From a virus, in IMG/VR virus record IMGVR_UViG_3300025112_000081: a stretch of 33,876 nucleotides of DNA; one strand, given 5' to 3'. Every line of letters starts with the position of its first letter. Position 1 is the first letter of the stretch. Below, in pieces: positions 1 to 7,899 of the stretch. The notes below the pieces were generated by a model. It was given only the letters and a program-made list of their open reading frames with translations, had not been told where the DNA came from and made no database searches. A program made the translations under genes and the position numbers.

Positions 1-29
1 ATGCCTTCTTTTTCTATTAGCGCGTCTGC
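1..29. repeat. Terminal direct repeat (circular-assembly overlap), copy 1; identical to 33848..33876
   Basis: 29/29 nt identical (atgccttctttttctattagcgcgtctgc) at both ends of the window; a minus-strand ORF stays in frame across the join. Confidence 0.9.
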
Positions 30-827
30 CATTCGCTCGGCTTTAGCTATTGAAGTTTTATCGTTAGTTACGGATGTTGATTTCCCGATTTCAGTGGTTA
101 GCCCATTGGCTGCAATCATCTCATTGCTAGACCGTAAAAGACCAAGAACGAAATCAGCATCATTCATCCCATCAAGTGACTTAATGAATGAGCCTAGTTT
201 CTCAGCCTTCACAGGCAATGCACCGAATTCAGCTTTTGCGATGGCGACACATTCAGAGAGCCGCTTTTCGTCTTCGGCTTTCTTGATCTTGGCTTCAAGC
301 TCTTCGGCTTTTGTGATTGCTGATTTGTTAGATTTCCAAAGTTGCTCGACCATCGAGCGCATATTCTTAGGCAAGGCAGCAAGGCGCTTTTGCATTTCCT
401 CTTCATCCTCTTCTTCATCCTCTTGCTTTTCTGCCTCTTCCTCTTCATCAGCTTCGGGGGTCTCACCTTCGGGGGCGGCTTCCTCTGCTACTTCGGGCTT
501 CTCTTCTTCTTCTTCTTCTTCTTGCTTGGAAAAGCCACCGAGGGCCATAAGGTCTTTTAGAAGATTCGCTGGAACCTCTTCTTGAAAAGCGCTTAGGATT
601 TGAACAGCGCTCTTGATTCCTTCAACCGCTTGCTCGCTCAGTTCTGCCTTCTTTAGCCGCTCAATGATGGCCTCACCCTTTTCAAAGGGGGCCGCCAGAA
701 TTGCTTCAATCACATCCATTTCTTTTTTCTCCGATTTTTTGATTGCAAAAGTGCGCTTGTTCGCGCCTTTATCAACGAGACTAACCTCAACGGTTTCAAG
801 TTCTCGCAGTTCAGTTTTTTTCGACAT
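1..827 (-). CDS. Scaffolding protein, N-terminal 275 codons (gene is cut by the linearisation point and continues at 33847..33766)
   Basis: Hand translation from ATG 827..825 is open to position 1: MSKKTELRELETVEVSLVDKGANKRTFAIKK... with an acidic tract (QEEEEEEKPEVAEEAAPEGETPEADEEEEAEKQEDEEEDEEE). It is missing from the ORF track because there is no stop inside the window. It lies between the protease and the decoration/capsid genes. The plus-strand ORF 1..585 is its antisense shadow. Confidence 0.75.
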   Translation of the reverse strand, partial: MSKKTELRELETVEVSLVDKGANKRTFAIKKSEKKEMDVIEAILAAPFEKGEAIIERLKKAELSEQAVEGIKSAVQILSAFQEEVPANLLKDLMALGGFSKQEEEEEEEKPEVAEEAAPEGETPEADEEEEAEKQEDEEEDEEEMQKRLAALPKNMRSMVEQLWKSNKSAITKAEELEAKIKKAEDEKRLSECVAIAKAEFGALPVKAEKLGSFIKSLDGMNDADFVLGLLRSSNEMIAANGLTTEIGKSTSVTNDKTSIAKAERMADALIEKEG

Positions 828-1827
828 TCTCAGCCTCTATGAATTCCACTTGGGGAGCATCACTAGCAGCTAGCTCGCTCCTCTTGCCAAAGCCGCCGAT
901 TGAATACGCATTCAACTCGCCGCTTTTGACTGCCGCCCATTCTTCTTTTCCTAGTCGCGTGCCAAGAATCCAGGTTCCCGAATGCACAACATCAGAGCCG
1001 AAGGCGGCTTTGTTCGCTTTGTGGGGCTTGCCAGCCATCGCGGCCTTGTAATCTTCCTTGGATGGGTAAGGCACAAGCCATGACTCAACCGGGACCGCGT
1101 TTGCCATTTCCGAATGCTGTAGACCCACGATACGGCTTTTCGCCATCCAACCATGAGCGGTTTTTTCCACTTCGGCAGGAGGTATCAAATCCCCGTGGGC
1201 GTCTACTTTATAAGGATCAAGCACCACACCATAAACGATGCGCTTCTCATCATCGGCTTTTGCAATCTCAACCGTGAGTGCCCCATTGGACTCGGGGCGC
1301 TTATCCGCATCTTGACATTGTAAAGGGGGTTTAGTCAATAAGTTCCTAATGGCCTTAGCCTTCCGCGCTACCTCGCCACTGTCGCCGAGCTTTCTAATCG
1401 CTGTCGGATGGGGCATTGATACCGTTGCGCGGTCACCTAAACCCGCTTTAGCTCCCTTGCCTAAAGCAACTAGGGTTGTATTCCCTACTGACTGAGGCAG
1501 CTCATCAAGGGTGAACACGCCCACATCACTCCTAGAGAGGTCCAGAGCTTTAAGATAAACATCGTTAAACGTAACACCATCGGCACCGACCAAGAGTTTC
1601 CCTCTTGCGGCCTCTAGCTCGTTAGACTCAGAAACAACGAAAACAACTTCTAGCCCGTCGATGCTCTTCGCTTTGGATTGTTCAGGGGCCTTCTTTACTA
1701 GCCCCCCTTTTCCTCCTGCGTAACCTCTAGCGGCTTGGTGAATCATGGCCCAAGCCCACCCAGGGAGTTGCTGTTTTGCAAGCGTTAGCGCTTGCTCCAA
1801 ATAATCACGGCTTTTCTCTTTAGACAT
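811..1827 (-). CDS. Prohead protease, XkdF-like C-terminal domain, with an N-terminal degenerate uracil-DNA-glycosylase-like domain
   Basis: RIVYGVVLDPYKVDAHGDLIPPAEVEKTAHGWM resembles the B. subtilis XkdF core as I remember it (LVYGIVYEPD..D.HGD....EIEKAAHGFM). Sits between portal and scaffold. The N-terminal half resembles family-4 UDG (see findings). Confidence 0.6.
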   Translation of the reverse strand: MSKEKSRDYLEQALTLAKQQLPGWAWAMIHQAARGYAGGKGGLVKKAPEQSKAKSIDGLEVVFVVSESNELEAARGKLLVGADGVTFNDVYLKALDLSRSDVGVFTLDELPQSVGNTTLVALGKGAKAGLGDRATVSMPHPTAIRKLGDSGEVARKAKAIRNLLTKPPLQCQDADKRPESNGALTVEIAKADDEKRIVYGVVLDPYKVDAHGDLIPPAEVEKTAHGWMAKSRIVGLQHSEMANAVPVESWLVPYPSKEDYKAAMAGKPHKANKAAFGSDVVHSGTWILGTRLGKEEWAAVKSGELNAYSIGGFGKRSELAASDAPQVEFIEAENVEKN

Positions 1828-3187
1828 TTTGAGCCTCTCCCTCTTCTTCTAGCGGCAACTCTGCCTCGTCTTGAAATTCTTCTGATTCTCTACCAGTTGA
1901 AACGTCGGGCATGGGCATATTCCCAAAATCCCGAACCCATTTCTCAAGCTCATCGTCCGGTGTAAGAACCCCAGCTGAAGAAAGAGTGCCAATAGCCCCC
2001 GCCAATTCATTCAAATCAGGGGTTTCGATATCCTCGAAAGCTAGCCTTGGGAAATATTCAGGGGGTACGCCGTTGTATTTAAGCAGCTTAGGTATTGCGA
2101 ATTGGGTGAACACTTCAGAGATTTGTTGCAAATAACTGCCAATTGCTTGGCTGAAAAGGTGCGTTTTATTACTACTAAGGGAAAAGCTCCCAACGCTATC
2201 CATCCCCAGAAGAACAAACTCCCCGAGAACGCTCATGGCGATTCTTGATTCGTAGCGTTTGACAATCTCGTTCACGTCAATAGGGCGCCTTCCGCCGCTT
2301 GCTAGAAGTGAGAACTTGAAGCCGCTCGGGTTCCCGTCAACATCAGTCTCAGCGGGGAATACTACGCCCTCGAATTCGTTTCGTTTAACCTTTCGGACCA
2401 TTTCAAAGATATTGGCTAGAGATGCTTTTTGTGCAGAGCTAGCGCTTGGACTTAACATCTCAAGAGGGACGTGAGCGACTGGCAAGCCTGCTAAATCACG
2501 CTCGATCCCGATGGCCTCGATCTCCTGAATTCGCTTAAGGTAGAACCACGAGCGATAAGCATTTCTAAGAATGCTCCGGCCTTCGGGGTTTGCCTTGTGC
2601 GTTTCGGTTCTGAATAATAGCGCTTTCTCAATCGGAATATATCTCAGTCGATAATCTGGCGGGGGTTGTTGCCACATGCCAGCCGGGGAGCCGTCCTCGT
2701 CCAGCTCCCACTTGCAAAGGGTTTCCTGAGCCCGGATTGAAATCTTCCTCCAACCGATTTTACCGTCGTTATGCTTAGAGCGCTCTGAGCCATCTTTTGC
2801 GTCGGGTCCGCGTCTATACTTGTAGACACATTCAAAATAAGCCCAGCCAAATGTCAACATCGACAAGATTTCAGAAAGCAGGTCATGCCATGAGTGGGCC
2901 ATGTCTTGACGACATTCCTCCACAAAATCAGCCGCCGCTTTATGTTCTGGGGTATCGCCGCTAGGTTCTATTCTCCACTCAGTTTGTCTAACAAGGGTCT
3001 TGATTGCATAAAGGATTGCACCGACAACCGGGTCGTTGTCGCGCATCTCCTGGAATGCCTTGATTGACTTCTCACCTTTGAGTTGTCTTAACCATTCCTC
3101 GTCAACCTTGCCCCCGTATTCCTTTAAGCCCGGTTTCCCAAGCGTGTCTAAAATTCCGAATTCTTCTAGCTCTTCATTCTCTGGCAT
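1820..3187 (-). CDS. Portal protein
   Basis: 455 aa, acidic C-terminus, located in the terminase/MuF/protease block; overlaps the protease start by 8 nt. Confidence 0.7.
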   Translation of the reverse strand: MPENEELEEFGILDTLGKPGLKEYGGKVDEEWLRQLKGEKSIKAFQEMRDNDPVVGAILYAIKTLVRQTEWRIEPSGDTPEHKAAADFVEECRQDMAHSWHDLLSEILSMLTFGWAYFECVYKYRRGPDAKDGSERSKHNDGKIGWRKISIRAQETLCKWELDEDGSPAGMWQQPPPDYRLRYIPIEKALLFRTETHKANPEGRSILRNAYRSWFYLKRIQEIEAIGIERDLAGLPVAHVPLEMLSPSASSAQKASLANIFEMVRKVKRNEFEGVVFPAETDVDGNPSGFKFSLLASGGRRPIDVNEIVKRYESRIAMSVLGEFVLLGMDSVGSFSLSSNKTHLFSQAIGSYLQQISEVFTQFAIPKLLKYNGVPPEYFPRLAFEDIETPDLNELAGAIGTLSSAGVLTPDDELEKWVRDFGNMPMPDVSTGRESEEFQDEAELPLEEEGEAQNV

Positions 3188-3199
3188 AACTCGCCTTTC

Positions 3200-4033
3200 T
3201 TAAGTTTCCCCATTGGGGCCGCGTCTAGTTGCTACAACTCGACATCTGCAGTTTGCTATTTGATGTATTGGGCCAATTTTAGGGGAGGACATCGGGGTTC
3301 CATCGGGGAGAATAAACTTAGCATCAATCGGGACGGTGACGCCGTTCATTTTCCAGTGTTTCCGGTTTCCTGATTTCTTATCATCTATGACCGCAACCCA
3401 TTTTTTCCATCTGATTCCCGCTGATTTCATACCCTCAACCCGACCTTGTGCCCTGGCATTCCCTATCTCTGTTCGAGCTATTAACTCAGCTCTCCCGTGA
3501 ACAGTCCGCACCAAGCCCACACCGCCGGGAATTTCTTCTAGCCTTTCCCTTCCCTCTTGCTCTGGTTTAATGAAAAAATTCGTTCTGATTCTTCTGGCAA
3601 CTTCGCCCATGCTCGGGGTTGGCTTTTCTCCGAGCCATTTAGACATCGCTCCCGATAACGACCTTTTAAACTCCCAAGAGATGCTCCGAGTTATCCCAGT
3701 GACAAGAATCTCTTTCTCGCGAATATAAGCCTCAACTCTTCTTTGCGGAATTCTAAAGGCCTTATTCTCTTCCTTGCCTGCGTCCTCCATTTGCCTTAGG
3801 CCGTGACGCTGCAGAATTGCTAGGAGCTGTCTTTGCTTATCAGTCAAAACTGCTTTGGTGATTCGATTCCTGACGCCCTTACCTCTTAAATCAGAGACTG
3901 CCTCTCTGATAAGCTCATCCCCGTAGGATGCCAACCAGCTAGAAATATCATTGGTAGCGGCCTTGGCTCTAGCGTCTTCTTTGCCTAAGAGTCTTCTCTC
4001 TCTTCTGCTTACTCGTCTTTTTCGTTGGGGCAT
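3200..4033 (-). CDS. Minor head protein, Mu F / SPP1 gp7-like
   Basis: C-terminal WKKWVAVIDDKKSGNRKHWKMNGVTVPIDAKF...PIHQIANCRCRVV fits the Phage_Mu_F signature (W...D.r....H..m.G.......pP.H.nCRC); TAATG junction with terL. Confidence 0.65.
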   Translation of the reverse strand: MPQRKRRVSRRERRLLGKEDARAKAATNDISSWLASYGDELIREAVSDLRGKGVRNRITKAVLTDKQRQLLAILQRHGLRQMEDAGKEENKAFRIPQRRVEAYIREKEILVTGITRSISWEFKRSLSGAMSKWLGEKPTPSMGEVARRIRTNFFIKPEQEGRERLEEIPGGVGLVRTVHGRAELIARTEIGNARAQGRVEGMKSAGIRWKKWVAVIDDKKSGNRKHWKMNGVTVPIDAKFILPDGTPMSSPKIGPIHQIANCRCRVVATRRGPNGET

Positions 4034-5376
4034 TAAAAGAACACCTGAGGGGAATAGTTCTCACCTGGGTTTATAGTTATCTCCCGGCATGACTTTGAAT
4101 CAAGTTCAGAGATTGCCCAAACCAAAGCATCCATACGGTCGGGTGAATCTGAATTGCTACCGGGGAGAAAATTACACATTTGATCTTCAAGGTCACTAAA
4201 TACCCCAACATGATGAACCCGGCCTTGCTCATATCTTGCGGCGACCGGTTCCGACCTTGAAAATTTCCCGCGAGATGCATGAACGTTCTTGGTCGCGGCT
4301 TGGGGATTTATTCCGTTGATAATTGTTCGCCAAGTATCGCCGCCCTGATTTGCTTCAAAAACGATACGGTCTGCCATGTGCTCCTGGTAAGCCATTATTG
4401 CTTTCCGACACACCGCATCAGGAGAGCCCCTAAAAGAATAATCGGCAAGGACATAAAAATCCTTTGCAGCTCTTCCGACGACGACAACCCCGCTCTCATC
4501 GCTTGTTGCCTTGCTCGTGGTTGCCGGGTCCACTGCAACCACTATCCTATCAAGAGGAGGGTGGTCCTTAACTCTTGCAGCCTCTATTAAATTTCTCGTG
4601 AATAGAGCGCCGGGGATTTCATCCAGAAGCTCACCTTCTAGCTCTTGTCTTCCTAAGTGCGTGTCACCGTATCGGTCAAAAATAGTTTGGATAAATACCG
4701 GGGATAAATTGCTCTTATTTTCCATCGTCGAACCGGTGGTCGTGATGGTGGACTCTAGCTCGGCGAGGTCCCTAAGGAACCTCCTCGGCCTCGGTGTCGT
4801 TGTTACAATCACGCGGGGATGAATCCCAAGCCGGAGTCCGAAAAGGAGCATATCCCAGGCCTCGGTATATCTCCAAGAAGCGAGTTCATCACACCATGCA
4901 AAATCACATTGAGGCCCCCGGAGCTGGTCAGGTTGTTCACTTGAAAAGGTCGTAGCCGTTGCCCCGTTGGGCCAAGTCAACCGGCGCTTAGATGGTTCAT
5001 ATTCGGGGCGGAAGTCTGGAGGGGATACGGACAAGATTCCGCTCTCGCCCTCAACCATGACATCCCGAACATCAGAAGCCGCACGGGCCACAAGATGCAC
5101 CCTCTTGGCTACTCCAGAACGCACCGCATCAATCACGCTCTCTGCACCTGTTCTAGTCTTGCCCCATCCTCGTCCAGTTTGAATCAACCAGCAATTCCAA
5201 TCCCCCACCGGCAGAATTTGTTCAGGTCTTGCCTTAAAGCACCATTCATTTTCAAGCGCTTCTAGCTCATCGGGGGCCATCTCATTAACTATCTTCATCC
5301 TCTGCAATTCGTTTAGCCTGCACAGCCAGCTTGTCCAAGACTCGTTCTCTCGCATCCTTGACTTCAACTCTTGCAT
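4033..5376 (-). CDS. terL: Terminase large subunit
   Basis: P-loop GRGWGKTRTGAE (as in GTA/Terminase_6-type TerL GGRGAGKTRAGAEW), then a nuclease half (VAVDPA...DESGVVVVG). GGAGG lies 9 nt upstream of ATG 5376. In-frame alternative starts at 5298 and 5280. Confidence 0.85.
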   Translation of the reverse strand: MQELKSRMRENESWTSWLCRLNELQRMKIVNEMAPDELEALENEWCFKARPEQILPVGDWNCWLIQTGRGWGKTRTGAESVIDAVRSGVAKRVHLVARAASDVRDVMVEGESGILSVSPPDFRPEYEPSKRRLTWPNGATATTFSSEQPDQLRGPQCDFAWCDELASWRYTEAWDMLLFGLRLGIHPRVIVTTTPRPRRFLRDLAELESTITTTGSTMENKSNLSPVFIQTIFDRYGDTHLGRQELEGELLDEIPGALFTRNLIEAARVKDHPPLDRIVVAVDPATTSKATSDESGVVVVGRAAKDFYVLADYSFRGSPDAVCRKAIMAYQEHMADRIVFEANQGGDTWRTIINGINPQAATKNVHASRGKFSRSEPVAARYEQGRVHHVGVFSDLEDQMCNFLPGSNSDSPDRMDALVWAISELDSKSCREITINPGENYSPQVFF

Positions 5377-5740
5377 CTATGGTTGCCTCCACCTCTGCTT
5401 TAACCTTTGGGATAAACATGGCCCGACGCCGCTCTAGCTTCCATGCCGCCGCTTGCCACTGGCCACCCTGGGCCGCTTTCTCGATTATTGCCAACCACCT
5501 TTGAGTTGCTAAGCCTTCAGCTTCTTTTATGCGCTCCCGGAATTTCTGATAGACTGCCGCGTCCTTGCGGTCTGAATCAGCCCATTCCATCCATTTGTAG
5601 AAGGTCGTTTCCCCTATACCAGCACACCCACAAGCGTCTTTTTTGGGGCACCCTAGCTTGATTGCCTGGACAAAAGCGTCCTCGATTTCTTTGTTTAGCT
5701 TAACCTTTCGGCCTACTCTTTTCTTCGGACTCTTAGCCAT
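5285..5740 (-). CDS. terS: Terminase small subunit (HTH)
   Basis: 151 aa, basic N-terminus, HTH-like GCAGIGETTFYKWM, immediately upstream of and overlapping terL. Confidence 0.6.
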   Translation of the reverse strand: MAKSPKKRVGRKVKLNKEIEDAFVQAIKLGCPKKDACGCAGIGETTFYKWMEWADSDRKDAAVYQKFRERIKEAEGLATQRWLAIIEKAAQGGQWQAAAWKLERRRAMFIPKVKAEVEATIDARVEVKDARERVLDKLAVQAKRIAEDEDS

Positions 5741-6938
5741 TCACCAGCTCGGCAGTCTTCCCCGTGAAGTCTTCCCAACGCTTGATCACCACATCGCAAT
5801 AGACCGGATCGATCTCCATCCCGTAACAGTCTCGATCCAGTTGCTCACACGCGATCAGGGTGGAGCCGCTACCCATGAACAGATCCGCAACCAACTGACC
5901 CGCGCCACTGCTATGGCTGATCGCATGGGCGGGAACATGAACGGGCTTTTGTGTTGGGTGTAAATCGTTCTTTGGATTAGGGGCCAAACCCCAAACGCTC
6001 AAGGCGTGACCTTCGGGCGGAAAATTAAAGGTGTGTTTCCCTCGGGTGGCATAACAGATCATTTCGGCGCACCATGTCCAATGCCTCTTAGTCAAGGAGG
6101 GCATCGGGTTAGGTTTCGACCAAACGCACCAACTAAAATGATCGGCCCATTGGTCCATCCACTCCCAAATGCTCCCCGCCAGATGGTGAGAGGTGCAAAC
6201 ATAAACAGAACAGTTTTCAGCCATAGCCAAGGCGAACGACTCCTCGACGCTTTGAAAACTAAAGTCCCGATCCCACTCACTCCTCATTAGCGCGGCGTGT
6301 GTCTCCCTCACCGAAGCGGCGACCCCCTTGTTTTTCTCCGCTATGTTATAAGGCGGATCAGTGAATACCAGATCGGCCCGTTGCCCGTTCATGAGCGCAG
6401 CCACATCCTCGGCCTTGGTCGCATCTCCGCACATAAGCCGGTGATCTCCCATCGCCCAGATCTGGCCAGGCTGGACCGTTGGATCCTCGGGTGCTTCGGG
6501 TACTTCGTCGGGGTCCGTTTGCCCCTCATTGATCCCGGTCGTGTCATCGACAAGCGCCGCAAGTTCATCAGAGCTAAACCCGGTCGAAGTCAAAAGCGCC
6601 TCATCTTCGATTTGAAGAGCCGAGAGAATTTCAGCAAGTGCGCCATCATCCCACTCGGCGAGGTCAGCCGTGCGGTTGTCTGCTATTGCATAGGCCGTCG
6701 CATCTGAACCCTCAAGCTCTGTTCTAACGACGTTGAGTGTTCTCCAGCCCAAAGCTTTGGCCGCTGCAAGTGTACCATTGCCAGCAACCACGATACCCTC
6801 TGAATTAATGACAATCGGCTTTTGCTGGCCAAACTTGGCAAGGCTCCCTTTGATAGCATCGAGGTTCTTATTGTCGTGCGTTCTTACGTTCGCCGGGTCA
6901 AAGATTAGTTTATCAATGTGTACAGATTCGATTTGCAT
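5733..6938 (-). CDS. ParB-like nuclease domain fused to a beta-class N6-adenine (or N4-cytosine) DNA methyltransferase
   Basis: N-terminal ParB/Srx-like domain (IDKLIFDPANVRTH...GNGTLAAAKALGW). Motif IV VFTDPPYN lies upstream of motif I FMGSGSTLIACEQLDRDCYGMEID, which is the beta-class order. Confidence 0.8.
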   Translation of the reverse strand: MQIESVHIDKLIFDPANVRTHDNKNLDAIKGSLAKFGQQKPIVINSEGIVVAGNGTLAAAKALGWRTLNVVRTELEGSDATAYAIADNRTADLAEWDDGALAEILSALQIEDEALLTSTGFSSDELAALVDDTTGINEGQTDPDEVPEAPEDPTVQPGQIWAMGDHRLMCGDATKAEDVAALMNGQRADLVFTDPPYNIAEKNKGVAASVRETHAALMRSEWDRDFSFQSVEESFALAMAENCSVYVCTSHHLAGSIWEWMDQWADHFSWCVWSKPNPMPSLTKRHWTWCAEMICYATRGKHTFNFPPEGHALSVWGLAPNPKNDLHPTQKPVHVPAHAISHSSGAGQLVADLFMGSGSTLIACEQLDRDCYGMEIDPVYCDVVIKRWEDFTGKTAELVNG

Positions 6939-6941
6939 ATT

Positions 6942-6974
6942 GCCCCCAAAAGAAAAGGGGGCCTTAAGCCCCCC
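6942..6974 (-). terminator. Intrinsic terminator with a third, competing arm
   Basis: Minus-strand RNA: GGGGGC(6973..6968) UUAAG GCCCCC(6962..6957) UUUUCUUUU GGGGGC(6947..6942) AAU AUG(6938). Arms 1+2 form a GC hairpin followed by a U tract. Arm 3 is the SD-like element of the methyltransferase gene and can also pair with arm 2. Confidence 0.6.
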
Positions 6975-6979
6975 GTTCT

Positions 6980-7007
6980 AGTTTAACCGATATTAGAAAA
7001 AAACCAA
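6980..7007 (-). promoter_or_regulatory. Weak sigma70-like promoter candidate (TTGGTT-16-TAAACT)
   Basis: Read on the minus strand. It shares both hexamer types with the candidate at 7352..7380. The expected start falls at the first base of the terminator hairpin. Confidence 0.2.
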
Positions 7008-7014
7008 GAGGCCA

Positions 7015-7314
7015 TTAGAACAGGTCCTGAGCTGGTTCTCTTTGCTGCCGATAACCAGATGATTCTTCCTGCTTTGGCTTTTGACGGGATACGCATAAGC
7101 GGTGAGTAGGTTGTTTTGAGCCTTCTTCTCTCCGGTCATTCTTAAAGACCCAGTATTTCATAGCACCCGCCGAACCGCTCATGTAGCTAGTTCCTGGTTC
7201 ATGCCAAAGCCCACAAACCTCGTGCGCTGAGTGTCTGGCTTTGGTGATTACTTCCTGAACTTCTGGAATTTGTAAAACATCCTCGACGGTCCATCCTTGA
7301 GGTAAACGTTTCAT
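7015..7314 (-). CDS. Hypothetical protein (99 aa)
   Basis: ORF-track entry 7015..7380 trimmed to ATG 7314, which is preceded by AAAGGAGAG and the ATTCAACC leader motif; followed by the strong terminator. Confidence 0.55.
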   Translation of the reverse strand: MKRLPQGWTVEDVLQIPEVQEVITKARHSAHEVCGLWHEPGTSYMSGSAGAMKYWVFKNDRREEGSKQPTHRLCVSRQKPKQEESSGYRQQREPAQDLF

Positions 7315-7322
7315 TTTAGTCT

Positions 7323-7341
7323 CTCCTTTAAGAGGTTGAAT
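7323..7341 (-). promoter_or_regulatory. Start-associated leader motif (ATTCAACC-TCTT-AAAGGAG), minus-strand copy
   Basis: Reverse complement of 7323..7341; ends 8 nt before ATG 7314. Confidence 0.5.
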
Positions 7342-7351
7342 TGGTAAAGCC

Positions 7352-7380
7352 ACTTTATCCCAGGTATGAGCCGCAACCAA
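7352..7380 (-). promoter_or_regulatory. Sigma70-like promoter candidate (TTGGTT-17-TAAAGT)
   Basis: Read on the minus strand upstream of gene 7314..7015. Confidence 0.25.
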
Positions 7381-7511
7381 TAAATTTGACTAACATGGGG
7401 AAAAAGAACCCCGAAATGGGGACAATTAAACCCATGTGATTTTTGCGGGTGGATGTGTCTTCGCCAAGATGGGCCGGTTGGGCCGGAAAAAGAAACAAGG
7501 CAGGCTGGGTA

Positions 7512-7558
7512 GTTTGTAGTGTTTGTAGTGTTTGTAGTGTTTGTAGTGTTTGTAGTGT
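7512..7558. repeat. Tandem iteron array: GTTTGTAGT x5 perfect copies plus a partial GT
   Basis: Perfect 9-nt units at 7512, 7521, 7530, 7539, 7548. Confidence 0.95.
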
Positions 7559-7659
7559 AATTTCCGGATTTCATTTATACTTTTTTTCTCGTATCTAAGC
7601 CCCCTAATATCATTACGCTTTTCCGTATTATATATTTTAACTCTTATGAATTAGTAAAA

Positions 7660-7680
7660 TACACTACAAACACTACAAGA
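7660..7680. repeat. 21-nt repeat TACACTACAAACACTACAAGA (two iterons in inverted orientation), copy 1
   Basis: ACTACAAAC is the reverse complement of GTTTGTAGT; identical to 7745..7765. Confidence 0.9.
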
Positions 7681-7715
7681 AATGAGTTTATCTAACAATA
7701 TCAAATGGTTAGCTT

Positions 7716-7741
7716 GTAGCGGAAGGAATCGCTTACGCTAC
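7716..7741. repeat. 26-nt perfect direct repeat GTAGCGGAAGGAATCGCTTACGCTAC, copy 1 (internal dyad GTAGCG...CGCTAC)
   Basis: Identical to 7802..7827. Confidence 0.9.
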
Positions 7742-7744
7742 TTT

Positions 7745-7774
7745 TACACTACAAACACTACAAGATTTGTAGCG
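7745..7774. repeat. 21-nt repeat copy 2 plus an abutting forward degenerate iteron (TTTGTAGCG), giving the dyad CTACAA-GAT-TTGTAG
   Basis: 7745..7765 is identical to 7660..7680; 7766..7774 has one mismatch to TTTGTAGTG. Confidence 0.85.
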
Positions 7775-7801
7775 TTAGACACACCGCGTTAGAGCGTAAA
7801 A

Positions 7802-7827
7802 GTAGCGGAAGGAATCGCTTACGCTAC
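7802..7827. repeat. 26-nt perfect direct repeat, copy 2
   Basis: Identical to 7716..7741; followed by AAAA, giving GCTACAAAA (a degenerate inverted iteron). Confidence 0.9.
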
Positions 7828-7899
7828 AAAATAAAAGTTCTAATAAAGGGGGGGGGTTATTGTAAGAACCGACCCAATCGCCTCAACTGGCCAAAACGC

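Noticed and set aside
209-466. 85-aa minus-strand K/R-rich ORF
   Set aside because: It is a different frame of the acidic-tract region, lies fully inside the scaffold gene, and is a low-complexity artefact.
1-585. 194-aa plus-strand ORF (Ser-rich) from the ORF track
   Set aside because: Low-complexity antisense shadow of the E-rich scaffold gene on the minus strand. It has no RBS context, and the minus-strand ORF fits the gene order and closes across the circular join.
1082-1089. Exact ACTCAACC copy on the plus strand
   Set aside because: It lies antisense within the protease gene with no SD or start codon after it. This is consistent with the single chance occurrence expected.
7512-7558. 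Possible CRISPR array
   Set aside because: The repeats are contiguous 9-mers with no spacers, and there are no cas genes. Iterons or operator sites are the better reading.
7512-7558. Iterons as DnaA boxes
   Set aside because: GTTTGTAGT and its complement match the 9-mer DnaA consensus TTATCCACA at only about 4 of 9 positions in any register.
7311-7574. 87-aa minus-strand ORF containing TTNTTNTTNTTNTTN
   Set aside because: It is simply the translation of the 9-nt tandem iteron array. It also overlaps the start of the real gene at 7314.
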